NCBI GenBank assembly: GCA_964653095.1
Contig: CAZZEH010000003.1
Location: 4,651-68,650, forward strand
Source: an uncultured Chitinophagales bacterium
Lineage (GTDB): Bacteria > Bacteroidota > Bacteroidia > Chitinophagales > JADIYW01
Reading direction: 5' to 3'
DNA: 64,000 bases
The position numbers and the translations under genes are program-made. Positions 39,466 to 48,709 of the stretch are shown one piece after another (the first letter of the stretch is position 1; the number at the start of each line of letters is the position of its first letter). The notes below the pieces were generated by a model. That model was given only the letters and a program-made list of their open reading frames with translations, searched no databases and had not been told where the DNA came from.

Positions 39466-40137
39466 TTAAAAATAACCTTTAAAAATAGAATCTATATCAT
39501 CAAGATTGATATCCTGAATTAGATTATAATTCTCTAAAATTTTTGAAAAATTTACTTTATTTTCTTGAATTAATAAGTTTACCGTTTTATCCAGATTATC
39601 AAACACCGTTTTTAAGGTAAATGCATTCAGGCAAAAATTATCGTCATGATAACTACTCCCCTTAATTTCGTTAACCAAGACAAGAGTTTCCAAAGCTCGT
39701 CCAACCCGTATAACTTTAGGTAAACTTATTTCTTCTCTAGCAATTAAAAGTGCTCGATAATTTCCGCCGGTCCTGATACCTTGAACTTGCCTAAAATTTT
39801 TGAATGGCGATTTTCCAGACTTTTCAATAGCCTTAATATCGACAAAACCATCAGTATTAAAAAGGGTATTATTAATATACGTGTCAGTTCGTTCATTCCT
39901 TTTAATAGGTTTTGCAACGGTACAATAAAATCCGAAATCTTTAATTTCTTCATAATCAGGTTTTTTTCTATACAAATAATAATCTTCTTTTTTATTTAAT
40001 GCTTTATCAAAAGCATAAGTCAAAGCTAAATCGCCAATAAAATCTCCGGTAGCAGATGAGGAAGTCGCTCCTCCTGCTACTTCAGTGTAATAAAAAAGAT
40101 GATTTAACAAAGTCAAGTCTAATACTTTCAATATCAT
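39466..40137 (-). CDS. cas5: Cas5-family subunit (Csc1-like)
   Basis: Position between cas7 and cas3. The N-terminal pattern LDLTLLNHLFYYTEVAGG...DLALTYAF resembles Csc1/Cas5d as I recall it. Confidence 0.6.
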   Translation of the reverse strand: MILKVLDLTLLNHLFYYTEVAGGATSSSATGDFIGDLALTYAFDKALNKKEDYYLYRKKPDYEEIKDFGFYCTVAKPIKRNERTDTYINNTLFNTDGFVDIKAIEKSGKSPFKNFRQVQGIRTGGNYRALLIAREEISLPKVIRVGRALETLVLVNEIKGSSYHDDNFCLNAFTLKTVFDNLDKTVNLLIQENKVNFSKILENYNLIQDINLDDIDSIFKGYF

Positions 40138-41072
40138 TTTTGGAGAATTTTAATATCTTTCAAAAACTCAATACAGTCAGCTTTTGCTTTAGTGTAAACT
40201 GTAGAGAAATCCTCTAATTTATTAAGTTCAACAAGAAAATCTGACAATGCACTTCCTGTTACAAACTGTTTTTCTCCATAAAGTGCCTTCATTTTATTAA
40301 CTATATCATCTGAAACATTTTCAAAATTTACTTCTTTCTCTAAATCCCATTCTTTAGCAATTATATAGCTATTAATAGGTTGTTCAAATTTTGAAAACCC
40401 TATACCTAAAATATGGTTTCTCAGATTGGATGGGCTATTAGTTGTACTTTGTGCAAAATATCTTGTTTGCTTAGTGATTGTTAATAATAAATGTAAAAAC
40501 AGTTCAGGTGTTACATTCTCTACCATAACAAAATGAGGAAAAAACGTCCCTGGTTTTACATATTGAACTTGAAATAATGATTGACGAAGTTTTCCTTCTT
40601 CCTCATTCCACATAGTCCCGCCTTCGCTTAATGCGTTATGTTGCAACGTACTAGTAATAGAATCTACATCTCGGATTGAATAGGCCCAGTCATAGATAAC
40701 CCTACTTGTAAGAGCGACAGAATCTCCACTTTCAGTTACACTATCTCCAAAAAGTATAGAGTTTGGATTTGCTAATTGAGTGCTCTTTTGAATTACATTG
40801 TATCGTACTTCCTTATCAACTACTTTGTATTCGCGACAGGTCTTTAACCCTAAAAGCTTTTCAGGAGCTTTTAATTTTCTTGCTGGAATTTCTACAATAT
40901 CTTTGTCTTTAGAAACCTTTAAAGTAATAGTTTCGTCAGGATAATTACTTCGGATTATAGCATTGCCAATAGTTTCTCGCAAAAGAGCAATCTTAATAGT
41001 GCCGAGCGTGTTTTCCTTTAAGTTTTGCACGAAAAATTGCTCAGGAATAAGTTTTAATAATTCTTCTTTCAT
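40134..41072 (-). CDS. cas7: Cas7-family backbone subunit (Csc2-like)
   Basis: 312 aa with the RAMP-type segment NPNSILFGDSV...LTSRVIYDWAYS. Positioned after the large subunit, with overlapping stop/start. Confidence 0.65.
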   Translation of the reverse strand: MKEELLKLIPEQFFVQNLKENTLGTIKIALLRETIGNAIIRSNYPDETITLKVSKDKDIVEIPARKLKAPEKLLGLKTCREYKVVDKEVRYNVIQKSTQLANPNSILFGDSVTESGDSVALTSRVIYDWAYSIRDVDSITSTLQHNALSEGGTMWNEEEGKLRQSLFQVQYVKPGTFFPHFVMVENVTPELFLHLLLTITKQTRYFAQSTTNSPSNLRNHILGIGFSKFEQPINSYIIAKEWDLEKEVNFENVSDDIVNKMKALYGEKQFVTGSALSDFLVELNKLEDFSTVYTKAKADCIEFLKDIKILQK

Positions 41073-41076
41073 AATT

Positions 41077-43905
41077 TTATAAGTTTTGAATGATTTCTAA
41101 ATATTGTTCAGCGTATTTTTTTGTTTTTTTATCAAGTAATTGCTCTATACTTTCTTTTGTAATAGGCATTTGTTTTTCTTGTAATTGTCTATTTAAGAAG
41201 ATAGCTTTTCTTCTTCTCAACTCTTCCAAAGAGCTTTTCCTAAAGAGAAAGGCAAATTGATATATCCAGTCTTTTTCTTGGTTTATTGAAGGGATTTGTC
41301 CATTCCAATCTTGTAGAAAAAGAAGGTCATATATAGCGATACAAAAATCTTCTATTGACTCCATATTAGGATTGTCTTGTCTCTTTTTTCTAAAGATTTC
41401 GCCAGCCATTTTTTGAATAATATCTTCTTTTTTTTCTCCTCTCTTGTGATACTTTCTTAGAAATTCCAACCCAGTTCTCATGAGCCAAGTCTCTTCAGCA
41501 CTACTATTGTATCCTAAGTCTATTTTTAACGCTTTTTCTACTAATTGTTCTGTTATAGTCATTTCAGGAAATTTATATTTATAATTTGAATAAAATTTTA
41601 TCAATGAATCTTGATTTTTTTGTTTATCAGATTCCTGCATTAGATAAAGGAGTGTAAAATATTTTATCCTTCCTTTTCCAACCGACAACATCGTATTATT
41701 TATTCGTTTTTTACCAAACGAATAAATTAGGCTTATCTCTTCTAATATTTCATCGACCTCATTAAGACGTACTCTATCCCACCCTAATCTCTTTAAGATT
41801 TGTGGAGCCCCTTTAAAATAAAAAGCTTCTTTATGAGATTCGTAGCCAGAGCCAACATTAGCTATAAAACTCCGAATCCCAAATTCCTTTAATAATTTAA
41901 TATGATCTCTGATAAACCAAAACAAAGCTTCATTAAAAGATACTCTCTTTGATTCTTTAATTCGAGTTATTTCAAAACCCAAATCATAATTAAATTGGAC
42001 ATTTTTTTCAAATTCAAGAGTGTTGTCCTTAACATCTTGAATGTTTTTGGCTTTTAAGGAAGCTTTTATGATTTCTTTTGAAATCGGCAAATTAAATTCA
42101 AAGAAGTCATAATACCCTATTAAGTTCCCTTGCACCTCTTTAAAGGTAGAGATTCTTAATTTATTTTCTTCTGTAAATAAATCTGAAATATGACTGGTAG
42201 TAGTATTCAATGAAGTTACTGTGCGATTACTAAATCCTCTTGCTCTCATTGCAAAGGCTACTTGTTCTTTATATTCTTTTGTTGCTTTTCCTCCCGTAAA
42301 AGCACACATTTCCGCTTTTTCCGGAACTTCAGGATTATAAGATTGTAAGAAATCTATATTGAAATATCCTTTTGGTTCAAAATACTTTTCTAAAAAAGTG
42401 TCTGTTACAAAATGTTCTTCTTCTTTCTTGACATCGAGTGTATTTATAATATCATTTATTTCATCTTTGATATACTCCGTAATATCTTCGTCCAATTCGT
42501 TTATTATCGCCTGAGTTTTAATAAAATTTAGATATGTCTTTAAAAGAGAATTGGGAGATTTTGCTTGTAATGAAAGAAAATCAACAAGTTCTTTAACACT
42601 TTCTATCTTTATTCGTCGCTCATTAACCTCTAATTGAATTTCATTTAAAAGTTTCTCTTCATTTTTCTTCCACTGATTAAAGTCTTCTTCCCATTTTTTT
42701 GAAGACTTTGCATTCAACCATTTTATTTTATGTAGATTATAAATTTTAAGAAAAATCTCATCCTCTTCATCTTGACAATTATATCTCAAAGTAATCTTGC
42801 TGTTTCTATTTTCACATTCAATTGGAAATGAGTAATGTTCAATTAATTTATTAGTAAAATCAATAAAACTTTGATAATCAAAAAACCTATCACTTGCGTT
42901 TGGTGCCAATTTCAAGAAATCATTTTTTTTGATCTCAATTATATCTTCTAAAACTTTTTCACTCAGTCGAATTGTTCCAATAAATCCAAATTTACATTTT
43001 TGATAGTCTATTTTAGTTAATCCAATAACATCAATATCATCTTTACTCCCTTCTGTAAAAGCCATTTTAATCTTATTATACTCGTCAGAATTTATGTTAT
43101 CTCCCCAATAAATAAAGCCCTCTCTGGTTGTATAAAGAATCTTTTTTTCAAATTTATAGAGTACTCTTCTTGCAGTTTGCAATAAGCTTTGAGATAAAAG
43201 AGTATATGGGTTTTGTCTTACTTTTACATAGGAAATAGTTAAATCTGTAAGTTCTGATATTTTACTTAAAGTTCTTCTTATACTTTTGTATAAACTTTCA
43301 ATACTTTCTAAATGTTCATTTTGTATAGATGCTAATCCATCAGCTAAATGACACAACTCAGCTTGTACTTCTGTAATGTGTTTCCAATTTTCAACACTCA
43401 ATTTAAAATCCTCTGCTAAAACTGCTGTTCTATTTTCTGTTGATAACGAAAGATAGCTTATGGCGTTTTTATGAAGATCAAAATCTTTGAAAAAATCTAA
43501 AACACACCAATCATTTTTCAACTCATCTAATTTCAAGATGGCTTTTTCTATACTTATTTCTCCATCTTTTTCTTCTGAGCTAAAAACCTTGTTTACGTCA
43601 TGAAATGTAAAACCCAAAATAAAAAGTTTTAAATATATTTCAGATTCTGGACTATCAATCCAAGAGTTCTTTTGTAGATATTTTTCATAAACATATAAGA
43701 CAGGTATTAATCCATTTAGAATATGAATATGATATGGCATATCATAATAATCTCGAATAAGTCTGTCTTTTATCTGGAATTTTCCCTTAGCCTGAAGAAT
43801 CGGATTATACTTAATCATTCCCTGCAGCACTGTATCAAAATACTCTTGAAGAGTTGATTGAAACAACTCAGTTTCAAAATATTGTTCTATTAATTGATAT
43901 TTCAT
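41077..43905 (-). CDS. Cascade large subunit with N-terminal HD nuclease motif (Cas10d-like)
   Basis: 942 aa. H59/H61 (MPYHIHILNG) and H102-D103 (GFTFHDVNKV) resemble Cas3 HD motifs I and II. It sits in the large-subunit position upstream of cas7. Confidence 0.6.
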   Translation of the reverse strand: MKYQLIEQYFETELFQSTLQEYFDTVLQGMIKYNPILQAKGKFQIKDRLIRDYYDMPYHIHILNGLIPVLYVYEKYLQKNSWIDSPESEIYLKLFILGFTFHDVNKVFSSEEKDGEISIEKAILKLDELKNDWCVLDFFKDFDLHKNAISYLSLSTENRTAVLAEDFKLSVENWKHITEVQAELCHLADGLASIQNEHLESIESLYKSIRRTLSKISELTDLTISYVKVRQNPYTLLSQSLLQTARRVLYKFEKKILYTTREGFIYWGDNINSDEYNKIKMAFTEGSKDDIDVIGLTKIDYQKCKFGFIGTIRLSEKVLEDIIEIKKNDFLKLAPNASDRFFDYQSFIDFTNKLIEHYSFPIECENRNSKITLRYNCQDEEDEIFLKIYNLHKIKWLNAKSSKKWEEDFNQWKKNEEKLLNEIQLEVNERRIKIESVKELVDFLSLQAKSPNSLLKTYLNFIKTQAIINELDEDITEYIKDEINDIINTLDVKKEEEHFVTDTFLEKYFEPKGYFNIDFLQSYNPEVPEKAEMCAFTGGKATKEYKEQVAFAMRARGFSNRTVTSLNTTTSHISDLFTEENKLRISTFKEVQGNLIGYYDFFEFNLPISKEIIKASLKAKNIQDVKDNTLEFEKNVQFNYDLGFEITRIKESKRVSFNEALFWFIRDHIKLLKEFGIRSFIANVGSGYESHKEAFYFKGAPQILKRLGWDRVRLNEVDEILEEISLIYSFGKKRINNTMLSVGKGRIKYFTLLYLMQESDKQKNQDSLIKFYSNYKYKFPEMTITEQLVEKALKIDLGYNSSAEETWLMRTGLEFLRKYHKRGEKKEDIIQKMAGEIFRKKRQDNPNMESIEDFCIAIYDLLFLQDWNGQIPSINQEKDWIYQFAFLFRKSSLEELRRRKAIFLNRQLQEKQMPITKESIEQLLDKKTKKYAEQYLEIIQNL

Positions 43906-43987
43906 TTTAGCCTTATTAAATCTTAACTTATCTTTCTCCTTTCAAAGGAAACAACTCTTCCTACCAACTCATGCAACTCCATCTTTT

Positions 43988-44551
43988 TTACATCCCTCTC
44001 ATCATCTCATTCACCTCCTCCAAATCAAATTCCTCAAAATCCCAGATATCATCCTCTTCCAAACCTAACCATTCGCGATACTCTTCATATTCGGGGTGGT
44101 TCGGGTCATTGACGACTTCCTTCATTTCTGCAAAACCCCAAACGCCGCCACAATCTTCAGGCGGGCATTGGCCTTTCCCGGCTACACAAATCGGGTGATC
44201 TATCTTTTCTTTCAGAATTTTTTCTAAGGTGATTTTATGATCCCAATTATCTCCAAAATCATAGATATACCGATAGGTTTGCTTTTCCTCTTTAAAGATT
44301 TCCTTCAGTCGTATCTTATCTGCATCTCCCACTTCACCTAACTCATCATCTGTCAACTCTATATCCTGAATTAGAAAATTGCTGGTAAACCCCCTTTCCG
44401 AAAAAAGATAAAGATGACTGAACGTCCAGCCAAATGCCAACTGAATGATTGCATGAAACTCACTAAAAGTTATATCCGAACTTACTTTAATCCTGCGCCA
44501 AACCGGCGGTTTTGTTATTTGTTCGATTTGAATTTTAAATTGAAATACCAT
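43988..44551 (-). CDS. pRiA4b ORF-3-like / MM3350-like domain protein
   Basis: MVFQFKIQIEQITKPPVWRRIKV is the hallmark N-terminus of that family. YIYDFGDNWDH and CPPEDCGG also fit. Confidence 0.7.
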   Translation of the reverse strand: MVFQFKIQIEQITKPPVWRRIKVSSDITFSEFHAIIQLAFGWTFSHLYLFSERGFTSNFLIQDIELTDDELGEVGDADKIRLKEIFKEEKQTYRYIYDFGDNWDHKITLEKILKEKIDHPICVAGKGQCPPEDCGGVWGFAEMKEVVNDPNHPEYEEYREWLGLEEDDIWDFEEFDLEEVNEMMRGM

Positions 44552-44597
44552 AGTTTATGCTTTTATTGTCTTTTTTATTAAACTTTTACTTTCCTGA

Positions 44598-44712
44598 ATC
44601 ACTCCATCACTCCATCGCTCCATCGCTCCATCACTCCATCACTCCATCACTCCATCACTCCATCTTCCCTTCACCCCATCACTCCATCCTCTCTTCACCC
44701 CATTACCCCATC
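44598..44712. repeat. minisatellite between the 469-aa gene and the MM3350-like gene
   Basis: About 10 tandem 8-nt units ATCACTCC / ATCGCTCC on the plus strand degenerate into CACCCCAT units. The array overlaps the last codons of the 469-aa ORF. Confidence 0.9.
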
Positions 44713-46104
44713 CAACTCCTTCATCATATTTTTCCTTCTTTTATAAACCTCACGATATTTTGTCACAAGCGTTCTTACCTTTTCCTCACCACTAGGAAAT
44801 GTATTTAGTCGCTTCAAGAAATGAGCTACATTTTCATACGCTTTCTGATCAGTTATGGTAGCTTGTTGTTCAATGAACTTCAAATATATGTCATAAATTT
44901 CCTGATCAAATTCAGGTCTCAGGTACTTTTCATACTGGTTCAAATACTCAATACCTCCTTTTTTGCATTGAACAAAAAGCTTATCCCATTTCTGATGTTC
45001 CACCAATATGTTTGCACGAAAGTGATTGAAACCCCACAAGCCACTTCCGCTTTTAATATTGGAAAGCAGCCTTGTTAAAGTGATATCCCAATCTTCTGCC
45101 GGTGTTTCGGCTTTAAGGATATCATAATACTTCTTGTACTCTCTGCCGTTGTATAGCAGATCTTCTGCTAATCGTAAAACTTCCGTTTTATCATTTTTAT
45201 ACTGAGCAATTCTCAACAATTCATCTTTCCAGTCAGAAACTGTTCCGGAATGCTGTTGTATCTCTGCGACAGCAATTCCTCCCTGAATCAATTCAATTGC
45301 CAAATCATATTCTCTTTTTTGAATCAGAGATTCTAACCTGATTCGCCTTACTTTCGGAAACTTTAAATATTCATCAATGGTTTGCTGCATCTCGTCAATT
45401 TTTTTTGCCTCCTTCAAAATTTCTATTTTCTCAATTACATATCGCTCTTTGTAATAATTTTCAGAAACATTCCTGATTTTCTCATCCAATGACTTCAAAT
45501 TTTGAACAATCATAGCTTCTGAACTCAGAAAATATCTCTGAAGCACATCGAGACTCGTGTTGAGACCTACATATTGATGCTTGCTTATGTTTTTACTCTC
45601 TTTTTCATACCATTCAAACAGCTCTGATTTTTCATTTTCAGACAAAAGAGCGTCTTTCAGCATCAGTTCCAGTTTATCAATCGCCTCATCATACATTACC
45701 TGAACATCACCCTCATAATCAAATTGCTCATCCCATTCATCCGGAATAATCTCAATCATACATTTACATATATGAACAGTAGCTTTTATGTTTCCGTGGT
45801 TCAGGAAAAAATCCGCATCACTCAACACTTTCTCCAAATCCGCGCGCACGGCTTCGGCTTCAAACCCCTCATAATCATAACCTCTGTAACGGTTCCCAAA
45901 CTTTAGAGGATGATTATCGAAAGCAGATTGAATCAGTTTTGGATAATCCTTCAAAGCAGTTTCTTTAATCGACTTGGGATTTAAGCCTTCAATCATTCTT
46001 TTGACAAAATCCGGATTGCTTTTCGCATAATTCAAAATCCATTGCTTCAGCATCCCCGTGTCCACAATGGATAAAAATTCTTCTAAGTCGCTATTCTTCA
46101 TCAT
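44695..46104 (-). CDS. hypothetical all-alpha protein (469 aa)
   Basis: A long clean ORF rich in Lys, Glu and Leu, with no catalytic motif that I recognise. Its C-terminal part resembles the helical tails of SWIM-associated proteins, but it has no SWIM CxC..CxH motif. Confidence 0.5.
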   Translation of the reverse strand: MMKNSDLEEFLSIVDTGMLKQWILNYAKSNPDFVKRMIEGLNPKSIKETALKDYPKLIQSAFDNHPLKFGNRYRGYDYEGFEAEAVRADLEKVLSDADFFLNHGNIKATVHICKCMIEIIPDEWDEQFDYEGDVQVMYDEAIDKLELMLKDALLSENEKSELFEWYEKESKNISKHQYVGLNTSLDVLQRYFLSSEAMIVQNLKSLDEKIRNVSENYYKERYVIEKIEILKEAKKIDEMQQTIDEYLKFPKVRRIRLESLIQKREYDLAIELIQGGIAVAEIQQHSGTVSDWKDELLRIAQYKNDKTEVLRLAEDLLYNGREYKKYYDILKAETPAEDWDITLTRLLSNIKSGSGLWGFNHFRANILVEHQKWDKLFVQCKKGGIEYLNQYEKYLRPEFDQEIYDIYLKFIEQQATITDQKAYENVAHFLKRLNTFPSGEEKVRTLVTKYREVYKRRKNMMKELDGVMG

Positions 46105-46126
46105 TTTATTAATGTTAAAAGTTTAT

Positions 46127-46282
46127 TTCACTCAATAATCTCATCACTCAATCACTCAATAATCCCATCACTCAATCACTCAATAATCCCATCACTCAAT
46201 CACTCAATAATCCCATCACTCAATCACTCAATAACCCCATCACTCAATAACCCCATCACTCAATAACCCCATCACTCAATAA
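46127..46282. repeat. minisatellite between cas6 and the 469-aa gene
   Basis: CACTCAATAATCCCATCACTCAAT x4 (24-nt unit) is followed by CACTCAATAACCCCAT x3-4 (16-nt unit). The array runs into the cas6 stop codon. Confidence 0.9.
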
Positions 46283-47060
46283 CCACCTCCAAGCATCCCA
46301 TTCCCTGCGCATTTCCCAATCCAATACCGGCATTATAAATAAGTTTCAAAAATCGCTTTTCGGCAGTTAATTTGAGTTTGAAGTTTAAATATCCTCTTAT
46401 TTTCGTTTCTGCATCGGTTTCTGATTTAATATGCACTAAGCGTGACCGGAAGGGATTGTCAAAAAACTCCACCTCGGCAAGCAATACGGCTTTTTGGGCA
46501 GTTGCTTCATCATAAGAATCTCTGATTTTTCCACGCCAGTTGTATATCAGACTGTCAATGTATCTGTCATCTTCAGGACTCAGATAATCATAATTGCTGT
46601 TTTCATTTTTAACTCCAACCAATACAGCTGATGCCGGCTTAAAAATCATCTGGATAATTTCATTCTCCGGTTTTGACGAATCAAACGGACTTTGCACAGC
46701 TTGTACTGCATGTACTTTGAAAACTACTTTCGATTTTTTATCTGCAATTACTATTTCTTCTGACTTAAATAAACCAGCAATGAAGTTTCCTGAGGCTTCA
46801 GGCATATGAAAATGAATCTTGAAACTTACTTCATTATTCAAAAGTCTCATGCGGTCTTTATCGACCAGTTTAAATTTCAATCTTAAATCTGAAAATGTAA
46901 AAAATTTGAATCCCTTACCATACCCTTCTTCATGAAGAAACTGGGCATATTCAGCATCTCCTTTCGCTAAAATTCGATAAATAGCCGAACTCAATGGATA
47001 TTGATAGTTGATTGGAATTTTATCACCAAAAATTTTATGTAGCTCAATTCTAAAGACCAT
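46272..47060 (-). CDS. cas6: CRISPR repeat endoribonuclease Cas6
   Basis: RAMP layout with N-terminal NYQYPLSSAIYRIL and the C-terminal Gly-rich loop GIGLGNAQGMGCLEV. Confidence 0.8.
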   Translation of the reverse strand: MVFRIELHKIFGDKIPINYQYPLSSAIYRILAKGDAEYAQFLHEEGYGKGFKFFTFSDLRLKFKLVDKDRMRLLNNEVSFKIHFHMPEASGNFIAGLFKSEEIVIADKKSKVVFKVHAVQAVQSPFDSSKPENEIIQMIFKPASAVLVGVKNENSNYDYLSPEDDRYIDSLIYNWRGKIRDSYDEATAQKAVLLAEVEFFDNPFRSRLVHIKSETDAETKIRGYLNFKLKLTAEKRFLKLIYNAGIGLGNAQGMGCLEVVIE

Positions 47061-47200
47061 TTAACTATTTTTACAACAATACACTTACTTTCACTTCTGA
47101 ATTTATGAAATTAATTCCTAACTCTATAAAAGTGTGAATGAAAAGGCCATCTGCCAGTAGCCCTAACCAAATCTGTAAATAAATCATAGCAAACAAAAAC

Positions 47201-47530
47201 TTATTCTTTTTCCTCAGAGTACAAATGTGCGACAACGTGGAATTGACCTTCCGGATGCGCATTGGGGTCAATTTTTTGTATTCTGACCGAAATATTTTTA
47301 ACTCCGACTTTCAGCAGTTTGTAAAAAATGCGATTACTGTCTCTCGGGATATACCCTAAGTGGTAATTCTTGAAGCAAATTTTGACCGCTCTGCTGTCGT
47401 ATTTATTATCTTCTTCCAGTTCTATTGATAGCAACGTACCTATCTTTAATTGTTCAAATGCCTCCGGTCCGTCGTAATAGGTAAATCCTGCGATTCTGAA
47501 ATTGTCTAAGTGTTCTTTAATCTGTGCCAT
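47201..47530 (-). CDS. standalone HIRAN-domain protein
   Basis: FRIAGFTYYDG...LKIGTLLSIELEEDNKYDSRAVKI...HLGYIPR matches the HIRAN pattern (aG..yY, NpyD.nAi, lGyiP). Confidence 0.7.
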   Translation of the reverse strand: MAQIKEHLDNFRIAGFTYYDGPEAFEQLKIGTLLSIELEEDNKYDSRAVKICFKNYHLGYIPRDSNRIFYKLLKVGVKNISVRIQKIDPNAHPEGQFHVVAHLYSEEKE

Positions 47531-47785
47531 TGCTCTATATTTTTACGGTTGACAAATGGAAGTTTTAATCTTCCATTTCATTTATAAAGCAAACTTACAG
47601 GCACTTACTGCCAAATACTGTCAGTGAGAAAAAGAATTTTTAGCTTTTTAGTTTTTCATTTATACTTTTTAGAAAAAGTATGGCAAAATTGACCCGACAG
47701 CTGTACGGGACTAATAAAAAATGTGGCCCGCATTTCGACAGGCTCCATGCACCACATTGTCCTCCACCATCGCTTTATTGGTACA

Positions 47786-48709
47786 TCAATTAATTGGCAC
47801 ATTGAAACAAGACTGGATGTACTCTTTGAAGCTTTCAGAGCCCAATATTTTAATCTCAGACATCAGTCCCAAAACAAAACGTCCGACTCCTTTATAGTCT
47901 GCCACCCGAACTTTCAGTTCGTATCTGCTGTCAGAGTTTATGCTGATAAATTCCATCCCGGCAGGAAATTCTTCTTTGAGCAGATTATATGCCCTCATAT
48001 TCATCTGCAGGTGTATCTCATCTATTGGTTCAGCCGCAGCCATTTTAAATATATCCACAAACTGCTTTCGGTGTTTTCCTTCATAGGACCAGAACATTTC
48101 CGAAGTTTCTACCTTTTCTATTCTACTGACTTTAAACTGTTTGCAGGTTTGACTTTTAATTTCAAATGCCCAGATATATCTGTAATTGGGCGAAAACTCA
48201 AACGCCTCTACCCTTCTCGTACTGATTTTACCGCTATTGGAAGAATGATAATTGATGAGATGAGCTTGTTTCTTCTTTTTGATAGAATCTGCTATTACCT
48301 GAATCTTATTTAAATCATCTTTCTGTTTGATATCTTCCAATATCTTTAAGTCGTAAAAGGTATGCAGTTTCTTGACCAGACGAGTTTTTATCTCCGAAGT
48401 CCCGTCTATCTGATTGAGGGCTTCGTACAGAATAGCAGCTTCTTCCTGTTCAAAATGAAAAATCTTTTGTAGTGTAGTGGCTATACTTTCTGTCGGTTGC
48501 AGGCGATATCTTCCACGATTTCTTTCCACCATAAATCCTGCGGCCTCTAATGTATCCAAGTCTCTGTACACACTTCTTTCGGAACACCGGTACTTTTCTT
48601 TCAGTTCATCTACACTGTAACTCCTTTTCCCTGAAAGAAGCATCAGCAATTGCAATAATCTTTGAGTTTTATTGATTTCCATCTGGCTGTACTGACACTC
48701 AAAATACAA
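47786..48709 (-). CDS. HTH + WYL-domain transcriptional regulator
   Basis: N-terminal HTH (RLLQLLMLLSGKRSYSVDELKEKYRCSERSVYRDLDTLEAAGF) and a central WYL-like beta domain (RRVEAFEFSPNYRYIWAFE). The true start is probably the ATG at 48682 (MEINKTQ). Confidence 0.8.
   Translation of the reverse strand: MYFECQYSQMEINKTQRLLQLLMLLSGKRSYSVDELKEKYRCSERSVYRDLDTLEAAGFMVERNRGRYRLQPTESIATTLQKIFHFEQEEAAILYEALNQIDGTSEIKTRLVKKLHTFYDLKILEDIKQKDDLNKIQVIADSIKKKKQAHLINYHSSNSGKISTRRVEAFEFSPNYRYIWAFEIKSQTCKQFKVSRIEKVETSEMFWSYEGKHRKQFVDIFKMAAAEPIDEIHLQMNMRAYNLLKEEFPAGMEFISINSDSRYELKVRVADYKGVGRFVLGLMSEIKILGSESFKEYIQSCFNVPIN

Noticed and set aside
44557-44808. 83-aa plus-strand ORF with SLHHSI(T/A)P repeats
   Set aside because: It reads through the 8-nt ATCACTCC minisatellite and the antisense of a real gene end, so there is no independent coding evidence.
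47723-48313. 196-aa plus-strand ORF
   Set aside because: It is antisense to the well-supported WYL regulator gene and its composition is unlike a protein. The same reasoning applies to 47071..47271, whose upstream half is antisense-frame overlap with the HIRAN gene.
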